Shown here piece after piece: positions 1 through 6,575 of a DNA stretch of 19,927 bases. Where the stretch lies: NCBI GenBank assembly GCA_048882325.1, contig JBHLRS010000049.1, positions 1-19,927 of the forward strand, written 5' to 3'. The notes under the pieces were generated by a model. It did no database searches. It was given only the letters and a program-made list of their open reading frames with translations, and was not told the DNA's origin. This stretch comes from Candidatus Thorarchaeota archaeon. GTDB lineage: Archaea > Asgardarchaeota > Thorarchaeia > Thorarchaeales > Thorarchaeaceae. A program made the position numbers and the translations under genes. How positions within the stretch are numbered: the stretch's first letter is position 1; every line of letters starts with the position of its first letter.

Positions 1-81
1 CTTTCCAATTTGTTTATGAGGATTGAGATTAAGGTGTATTTTTCCATCAAGTTGATTAGTCGGGGTTTCTATTCCTAGTGT

Positions 82-456
82 ATGTCACTCCGAGACCGCA
101 TTCCAGACCAGCTTAGGATTGGAGAAGAGGTAATTTCAATAACTATTGAGGAAGACATTGCGGTCTATCCAACCAGTGACTATATTCTACTCGAGATCTC
201 TCACAATGCTGGAAAGGTGAACATCCCAAAGGTCGCAAATACTCTCCGAGACCTTGTAAAGACGGATAGGAAAATGGTTGCCATTCGTGGCTTTGGTTTT
301 AAAGGGATTGGCCTTGCGGTCCGTGTTGCTCATGAATTAAAAATCAGAGAGAGTAAGTTCACATATGAGATGACCTTTGACACTTTTGATGCATTAGATC
401 CTAAGACGGAACGTCCGGTTACAAGTGTTCAGATTATCGTGATGCCACCTGCATGA
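82..456 (+). CDS. Alba-like DNA/RNA-binding protein with N-terminal extension
   Basis: 124 aa. MVAIRGFGFKGIGLAVRVAHELK resembles the Alba core (V.IKARG.AI..AVDVAE), and the C-terminal RPVTSVQIIV resembles the last Alba strand (VS.IEI.L). Confidence 0.6.
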   Translation: MSLRDRIPDQLRIGEEVISITIEEDIAVYPTSDYILLEISHNAGKVNIPKVANTLRDLVKTDRKMVAIRGFGFKGIGLAVRVAHELKIRESKFTYEMTFDTFDALDPKTERPVTSVQIIVMPPA

Positions 457-474
457 CAGAAGGAGTCTGAACTA

Positions 475-1068
475 GTGACAAAGACACAGAAACGCTCAAC
501 GAGAGTAAAAGTGAAGATATCAAGAATCCAATTTCCAGAAGCTTGTCCAGTCTGTTTGGAGGAACCAGAGGACCTCGTGTTTGTCACAGTCATAGAGAAG
601 GTGTCGGATGATTATACTTCAAGTTCTTGGGCGAAGCAAGACCAGACAGATGTCGCACTAGAATCCGCCAAAGGATCTACTACTTTTGCAATTCCTACTT
701 GCATGCGTCATGGCAGCAAGAGTGTTCGTTCATTGAGGAAGAAGCTGATTGCAGCTCTTGGGTTCTTTATCCTGTTCTATCCTATCATTTACTTTCTGCT
801 ACGAATCAATGTATCATTAGTCTATTCAAGATCGTTGACAGAACCGCTGCTTGGCTTTGGAATCACAACCACAGCCCTCATCTTGATATTACTCTATGGA
901 CTCTTCCCACGAGCTTTGGAACGAGCCGTTCGTTTTCATGATGTTAATCGAGTGAGGGATACTGTTGACCTGTCACTAGCAAATGCTGAGTACTATGGAC
1001 TCTTCTTAGAAATCAATGAGATGTCATCCGATACTGTCGCCGATGAAGAGACGGAAGTCAACGATTAG
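475..1068 (+). CDS. Hypothetical membrane protein with putative Zn-binding motif (CxxC...CxxH) and two TM helices
   Basis: GTG start 18 nt after the previous stop, with AAGGAG upstream. Motifs CPVC and CMRH. Hydrophobic stretches LIAALGFFILFYPIIYFLL and LLGFGITTTALILILLYGLF. Confidence 0.75.
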   Translation: MTKTQKRSTRVKVKISRIQFPEACPVCLEEPEDLVFVTVIEKVSDDYTSSSWAKQDQTDVALESAKGSTTFAIPTCMRHGSKSVRSLRKKLIAALGFFILFYPIIYFLLRINVSLVYSRSLTEPLLGFGITTTALILILLYGLFPRALERAVRFHDVNRVRDTVDLSLANAEYYGLFLEINEMSSDTVADEETEVND

Positions 1069-1071
1069 GTC

Positions 1072-2334
1072 ATGGGTAAGCTTCAAGTGGTGTCAGAGTA
1101 CTGTGAATCAAGGCAACAGGAGGAATCTGACGTTAGAACGAATCGATTTGCTGCGACAACTCTACTTCTGTCTGTACTAGTTCTGTCATTTACTGCCAAT
1201 ATCGCAGTTACAACTAATCAGTTTGGTTTGAAGACTATCACATTAAATCTAAATTCTGAAACAATACCAGCACAGACTGATAGAGAGCCAATGGTCCTCA
1301 CAAGCAATGCTGATTTTGCACTCTTGGGTGCAACTGGTGTGGGTACTCCTTCAGATCCTTACACCTTTGATGGTCTGAGAATCCAGTCGACTGACACATG
1401 TATCCGAATCCAGAACACAACAGCTTACTTCGTCATATCTAATAGTTTCTTTGAAACAGATAATTCGGTTCCAGCTATCGAGTTTGACAACGTCGAGAAT
1501 GGTAGAGTGGAGCAATGTGTGATTACCGGAGGATCGAATGGTGTCATTTTCTATGATTCATTGGACTGCGAAGTAATAGATTGCATAATTTATAGCTGTT
1601 ATTATGGAGTTACTTTCATCAACACATCCAACAGTAGTATCGTGGAGACCAATATTCACAACAATGAGAAAGGTATTCTAATGGAACATTCGGACCATGT
1701 TGATATTGTCAATAACTCGATTTATTCCAGTACAGATTTTGGTTTAGAGGTCGCGTTCTACTCACATAATAACTCAATCTATGGAAATGACATTGGATGG
1801 AATAACAGTGGCGATGAGAATGTCCTTGACAGTGGAGCAGACAATGTATTCGATGATGGCGTGAGTGTGGGAAATCGCTGGACAGACTTCAATGGGACTG
1901 AACCGTTTACGATACCAGGGACTGGAGGATCAGTTGACAATTTTGCGCAACTTCTTGAGGACACCACGAATCCGGTCCTTTCTGAACTTCTTGACATGGC
2001 TATTGATGTTGACTCAGTTGGGAATACTGTAACGTGGTCAGGGTTTGACGAATTCCCCGAGTCATACATTCTCAAGTATAACGACCTCAATGTTGAAAGT
2101 GCGGTCTGGAACGGTTATGACATCACCTACAATCTAGATGAACTTGAAGTAGGTACGCACATAATAAAACTAGAAGTCTATGATGGTGCTGGGAATATGG
2201 CTTCAGATGAGATTCTTGTTTCAGTCGTGTCTTTTGTCCTGGGTGGAATTGGAACAGAACTTGTTATGATAGCTTCGGCTGTCACAGTTGTCAGCTTCCT
2301 AATTATAGTGGTTCTCATCAAGAAATTGTCTTAG
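1072..2334 (+). CDS. Membrane-anchored cell-surface protein with right-handed parallel beta-helix (NosD/CASH-like) and Ig-like domain
   Basis: N-terminal hydrophobic segment and a GTPSDPY-type lead-in. Asn/Ile-rich beta-helix repeats (e.g. IVNNSIYSS, SHNNSIYGNDI) and GNRWTD. Ig-like GTHIIKLEVYDGAGN. C-terminal TM followed by KK. Confidence 0.85.
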   Translation: MGKLQVVSEYCESRQQEESDVRTNRFAATTLLLSVLVLSFTANIAVTTNQFGLKTITLNLNSETIPAQTDREPMVLTSNADFALLGATGVGTPSDPYTFDGLRIQSTDTCIRIQNTTAYFVISNSFFETDNSVPAIEFDNVENGRVEQCVITGGSNGVIFYDSLDCEVIDCIIYSCYYGVTFINTSNSSIVETNIHNNEKGILMEHSDHVDIVNNSIYSSTDFGLEVAFYSHNNSIYGNDIGWNNSGDENVLDSGADNVFDDGVSVGNRWTDFNGTEPFTIPGTGGSVDNFAQLLEDTTNPVLSELLDMAIDVDSVGNTVTWSGFDEFPESYILKYNDLNVESAVWNGYDITYNLDELEVGTHIIKLEVYDGAGNMASDEILVSVVSFVLGGIGTELVMIASAVTVVSFLIIVVLIKKLS

Positions 2335-2338
2335 TAAA

Positions 2339-2356
2339 CTTCGGTGATTGCCGAAG
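2339..2356 (+). terminator. Short hairpin just after the beta-helix gene
   Basis: CTTCGG (2339-2344) and CCGAAG (2351-2356) form an inverted repeat 4 nt after the stop codon. No U-tract follows. Confidence 0.3.
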
Positions 2357-2711
2357 ATTCTTGCGCGGAAGGAGTAGTTAATATTCTCTAATACTACGTA
2401 TATGGGCGTATTCCGGTCCGATTCGAGGTCGACCGAATAGAGTTCGGAGTTACATAGCGTTCTCCTCACGTACATAAAAGGGCTGGAGAGGTGTCGACTC
2501 GTGTGCCTCGCATATGCTCTCCAGCAAGCACTCATTCTGTTTTTGGACTATTGCTAATTGGATACGATTGTTATTACCTATTGCAAGAGTGATACTGGGA
2601 AGTTTGATTAGCACTTCCGCAACATGAAGTTTATTTGCACAACATAGCGTCAACTTACTAATTACTACAATTTCGAAATTTACCAACACTCATCGTTAGG
2701 TTGTACTAATC

Positions 2712-3827
2712 ATGTCATCGCATCAAGTCTATCTCCACAAAATCACGACTGTTGTTCCTGAGAAGTTCTATACACAGGAATTTGCATTGAATTTTCTACT
2801 GAAGCTGGCAGGTGACTCTGAGAAGAAGAGAAAACTGTTGACGAAACTCTACAAAGGAACACAGATCAAGAAACGACACACAGTGATTGATGACTATGAT
2901 AAGGACCCGTCTGAGTATACATTCTATCCGAAAAATCCTACATTATTACCTGAACCTTCTACTGCTCAGAGGAACGATCTTTACATCAAAGAAGCCAAGC
3001 GACTAACTCTGAAAGCAGCAACTCAGCTTTTGGAGGAAACACCTGAGTTTGACCGTCAAAAGATATCTCATGTGATAACTGTTAGTTGCACAGGATTTGT
3101 GGCACCAGGGCTGGACTTCTTCTTGACACGCGATCTAGGACTTAAACCAACAGTACATCGATACAATATTGGATTCATGGGTTGTCAGGGTGCATTTCCA
3201 GGAATGAAGCTCGCTCGGGATATCTGTATTGCAGACCCAGAGGCACGTGTATTGCTTGTTAATGTCGAACTGTGTTCAGTACATATCCAACAGCGGGAGG
3301 AGATGGACATTGTCGTTTCAAATGCAATCTTTGCTGATGGAATCTCTGCTGCCTTGATCTCAGCCAACAAGGAGGATGTCAAGGGGATTAAGTATCGGAT
3401 GGACAATTTCGCCACAAGTTTTGCATCAAATACTGAGAATGACATGGCTTGGAGAATCGGTGACCACGGCTTCTTGATGAAACTCTCTGTCTATGTTCCT
3501 CAAATTGTCAAGGACAATATCAAACCACTCATGGATGGTCTGTTCGAGGAATCAGGGATCAAACAGGATGAAATCGATATCTGGGCTATACACCCGGGAG
3601 GTAGGTCTATCCTAGAAAGAGCTGAGGAATCGTTGGGGATAACAAAGGAGGATCTGGATGCTTCATACAGAATCATGCATGAATATGGAAACATGAGCTC
3701 TGCGACCATTATGTTTGTTCTTGATGACATTCTGAAGGATGAGAAAAAGAAAGGTAAAGTGTTCGCAGCGGCATTCGGCCCAGGCATAACAGTTGAAGTC
3801 GGATTGTTGGAAAAGATTTCTGGATGA
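2712..3827 (+). CDS. Type III polyketide synthase (chalcone/stilbene synthase family)
   Basis: 371 aa with an intact Cys-His-Asn triad: FMGCQG, IHPGG, YGNMSSAT. Also VSCTG, VELCS, AIFADG and FGPG, all typical of the family. Confidence 0.93.
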   Translation: MSSHQVYLHKITTVVPEKFYTQEFALNFLLKLAGDSEKKRKLLTKLYKGTQIKKRHTVIDDYDKDPSEYTFYPKNPTLLPEPSTAQRNDLYIKEAKRLTLKAATQLLEETPEFDRQKISHVITVSCTGFVAPGLDFFLTRDLGLKPTVHRYNIGFMGCQGAFPGMKLARDICIADPEARVLLVNVELCSVHIQQREEMDIVVSNAIFADGISAALISANKEDVKGIKYRMDNFATSFASNTENDMAWRIGDHGFLMKLSVYVPQIVKDNIKPLMDGLFEESGIKQDEIDIWAIHPGGRSILERAEESLGITKEDLDASYRIMHEYGNMSSATIMFVLDDILKDEKKKGKVFAAAFGPGITVEVGLLEKISG

Positions 3828-3907
3828 TTGAACCTGTATCACTAAATACATAAGCAGCCCCAAGCGAGCCTCTCTTGAATACTCTCCCAATGTAGGTGAG
3901 AATTACA

Positions 3908-4483
3908 ATGGCGATGGATTTCGCAAAAGGAATTACTGAATTTCGTTGGCACGGTCGTGGGGGCCAAGGCGTAGTGACAAGCAACCAGATGCTAGGTAAA
4001 GCCGCTCTTGCAGAAGGAGACTATATCCAGGCATTTCCTGAGTTTGGTCCTGAGAGGACTGGAGCACCAGTGAGGGCATTCTTGAGAATCAGTAAGAAGC
4101 CCATCCAAGTGTATGCTCAGGTGTACCATCCGGATGTGGTGGTCTGCATTGACCCCACCCTACTTGATGTTGTGAATCCTACCGAGGGACTCAAGAAGGA
4201 TGGCACTCTCGTGGTCAACAGCCGTTTAGAACCACAAACCATCAGGGATAAGTTTGGTTTCACGGGTGGTAAGGTTGTCACAGTTGATGCTAGCACAATT
4301 GCTATGGAGGTCATGGGTCGACCTTTTACCAACATGCCTACCATGGCAGCAGCAGTGAAGGTTACAGGTGTAGTATCTGTCGATACTGTAATCAACGAGG
4401 TTCTACAGAGATACCCCGGTAAGGTTGGAAACTTAAACAAGGTAGCAATTGAAAGAGCAGTAAAGGAGACTACCATAGGATGA
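3908..4483 (+). CDS. porC: Pyruvate/2-oxoacid:ferredoxin oxidoreductase, gamma subunit
   Basis: Motifs EFRWHGRGGQGVVT and QAFPEFGPERTGAPVRAF. ATG at 3908 is preferred because the ORF-track GTG at 3896 lies inside the RBS AGGTGA (3894-3899). Confidence 0.95.
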   Translation: MAMDFAKGITEFRWHGRGGQGVVTSNQMLGKAALAEGDYIQAFPEFGPERTGAPVRAFLRISKKPIQVYAQVYHPDVVVCIDPTLLDVVNPTEGLKKDGTLVVNSRLEPQTIRDKFGFTGGKVVTVDASTIAMEVMGRPFTNMPTMAAAVKVTGVVSVDTVINEVLQRYPGKVGNLNKVAIERAVKETTIG

Positions 4484-4788
4484 ATGAAAAATACAATGAG
4501 ATTCCAATTGCCGGGATTATTAAAGACCCGGGTAATTCACAGAAATACAAGACGGGAGGATGGCGTGCTCAAAAACCAATCCACAGTGACGAGAAATGTC
4601 TATGGATAAAGAATGGTACCTGCGGTCGATGTTGGATCTTCTGTCCAGATATGGCAGTTGTCCTGACTGAAAAAGATGGAAATTATCTCTACGCATTCAA
4701 TTACGATTACTGTAAGGGTTGTGGAATTTGTGCTACTGAGTGTCCAACGGACAGCATTCACATGCAGATGAATCATGTTGAAGACTAA
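4480..4788 (+). CDS. porD: Pyruvate/2-oxoacid:ferredoxin oxidoreductase, delta (ferredoxin-like) subunit
   Basis: Motifs YKTGGWR..KP, CGRCWIFCPD and YDYCKGCGICATECP. ATGA overlap with porC. Confidence 0.95.
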   Translation: MNEKYNEIPIAGIIKDPGNSQKYKTGGWRAQKPIHSDEKCLWIKNGTCGRCWIFCPDMAVVLTEKDGNYLYAFNYDYCKGCGICATECPTDSIHMQMNHVED

Positions 4789-5202
4789 ATCCAAGATAAT
4801 AGTGCAAAATAGACTAGAATTGTCCAGATTGAATCCCATATTAGCGTCTTGCCTTTAAGTCTTGGAGAACATTCCAATCGATTCAAGTTCCTATACCTAT
4901 TGTGTGCAAGGGGTGACATATTGGACATTGATTTATCAAAGTTAGTCTAGTTGATTAGGAGATATAGCCTATTGGAAGCTCGGTCATTACTGAGCTTTCC
5001 GAAGGAGATTCGCTCTCCTGCGTGGCTGATAATTCTCTCTTGTTCTTTGTCTAAAGAGACATATTTATTTATCAAAGTAAATAAGTAGATAAAGTTACAC
5101 AATGAAACTAAGACAATGTTCTATCATCAATAGGATTAACGTTTCATATTGAATTGACTGCTTACCAGCTTTAATATTCTATAATTGAAAGGTGAGAAAA
5201 GG

Positions 5203-5745
5203 ATGAAAAAGAAAATTACTTTTGCACTTCTCATTGTATTCCTTCTTTTCAACTCATTATCAAACCAGGTCAATGCAGACCAGCCTACGGCTGATAACAT
5301 TATTTTAGAATATGATTTCTCTTTACAGGAACTAACAGTGTCAGTCGTTCAGTGTACGCAGGTACTATGCCAATTAAGTGAGAATTATGTTTCACAGATT
5401 GCAATCTACAAAGTTTCTGTTCCTACAGATGTTTTCTTAGAGGAAAGAAACTATACCAAACCAGAACAGGCATGGGTGATGAGTGATTCGTTCCATGTAA
5501 ATGGATCTGAGGGTGATCAACTCAAAGTTCAAGTTTCAACGAAAGATTCTGATGATGCTGCATGGCCGGTTGTTACTAAATACATCACGATTAGTAATTC
5601 AACTCACACCGTTGCAGATTCACCTGGTACTCTTGAAACACCTAATACTATTCCAATGAAAATAATAACACAAATTGCGGCAATAGGTGGTATAATTCTA
5701 ATATTTGTAATAGGCGGTTTTGGAGGTAGAATTAAGAGAACTTGA
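5203..5745 (+). CDS. Hypothetical exported, C-terminally membrane-anchored protein
   Basis: ATG at 5203 after RBS AGGTGA. Signal peptide MKKKITFALLIVFLLFNSLSNQVNA, a beta-rich domain, a Thr/Pro linker, and a C-terminal TM with basic tail. Confidence 0.75.
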   Translation: MKKKITFALLIVFLLFNSLSNQVNADQPTADNIILEYDFSLQELTVSVVQCTQVLCQLSENYVSQIAIYKVSVPTDVFLEERNYTKPEQAWVMSDSFHVNGSEGDQLKVQVSTKDSDDAAWPVVTKYITISNSTHTVADSPGTLETPNTIPMKIITQIAAIGGIILIFVIGGFGGRIKRT

Positions 5746-5922
5746 GTCACTGTTTTTCGAGTTCGGATTCGTCAGTATTTAAAATTCCTCACGTATTTAT
5801 GACAAAGACAATATATCGGATGCATCTCTTTGGTTTACTCGTTGTTCAACTAGTATGAATACCTTCTATGCTTCAGTTGAGGAGATGCTGCTAAAGGACT
5901 GATGGTATTTCAAAAAATAATG

Positions 5923-6165
5923 TTATCCACCAGCAACTGGTGGAAAGATGACCAATAAATCTCCATCCTTTAATTGAAGGTCAATGTTTCGAACGTGTAC
6001 ACCATTTAAGAGTAACATCTTAGTCTTACTAATATCGATCTTAAGTTTTTCAAGAACTTCAGGAATAGTTCCAGATTCAAGTTCCAAAGGGAATGCCTCG
6101 CCTACCTCAGTCCCGGGAGGACTGAGATGCCTTAGTGTAGCGTATAGTTTGATGTTTACAATCAT
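5923..6165 (-). CDS. moaD: MoaD/ThiS-family sulfur carrier (ubiquitin-like, SAMP-like)
   Basis: 80 aa. N-terminal IKLYATLR and C-terminal LKDGDLLVIFPPVAGG with a free di-glycine. Lies downstream of aor. Confidence 0.9.
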   Translation of the reverse strand: MIVNIKLYATLRHLSPPGTEVGEAFPLELESGTIPEVLEKLKIDISKTKMLLLNGVHVRNIDLQLKDGDLLVIFPPVAGG

Positions 6166-6177
6166 AACATGACACCG

Positions 6178-6486
6178 CTAGTAGTAATCAACATCAAATT
6201 TGCCTTTTGTGATTCCATGACCGTTAATGTGATGACCGCCACAAAGCAAGACCATATTAAACGGAAATAGTCCAACTCTATCTCCATCTGAGAGGACCTG
6301 GTTCTTTTTGGCAATAGTCCCATTTATGAAACAATCACCAAGATCTTGAAGTTTAAGACCCATTCTAAGAATTAGTTCTGAATATGTTTCGTTCTCAACA
6401 AACTCCATCATAAGAATCGTATCTTCTGATAAACGACTTCCTTCAACCAGTTTCTTTAGACTTCCATAGAGATGTATCTCAATCAT
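6178..6486 (-). CDS. MoaD/ThiS-like protein with internal Gly-Gly and 18-aa C-terminal extension
   Basis: IHLYGSLK...FINGT...LSDGDRVGLFP is a beta-grasp pattern. It continues LLCGG-HHINGHGITKGKFDVDYY. Confidence 0.8.
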   Translation of the reverse strand: MIEIHLYGSLKKLVEGSRLSEDTILMMEFVENETYSELILRMGLKLQDLGDCFINGTIAKKNQVLSDGDRVGLFPFNMVLLCGGHHINGHGITKGKFDVDYY

Positions 6487-6533
6487 ACTCGTTGGGTCCT
6501 ATTAAATCAGATAAGACTTGTTGTTTGAAAAGC

Positions 6534-6560
6534 AAAAAAGGAAGGGGGAAGTTCCCCTTC
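6534..6560 (-). terminator. Intrinsic terminator-like hairpin plus U-tract after aor
   Basis: GAAGGGG (6541-6547) pairs with CCCCTTC (6554-6560). The A6 run at 6534-6539 reads as U6 on the minus strand. It starts 15 nt after the aor stop. Confidence 0.65.
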
Positions 6561-6575
6561 AACCATATTTCTGAG

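Noticed and set aside
2299-2689. Minus-strand ORFs 2299-2535 and 2450-2689 in the spacer before the PKS
   Set aside because: No recognisable domain or RBS, they overlap each other, and they run through hairpin-rich sequence.
3910-3945. GGCGATGGATTTCGC resembling the 5' part of a fluoride riboswitch
   Set aside because: It lies in the porC coding start (MAMDFA) and lacks the downstream pseudoknot/GCUGAUGAC elements.
5822-5888. GCATCTC/GAGATGC and TCAACT/AGTTGA inverted repeats between convergent genes
   Set aside because: Short, asymmetric arms. At most a weak bidirectional terminator and not distinguishable from chance.
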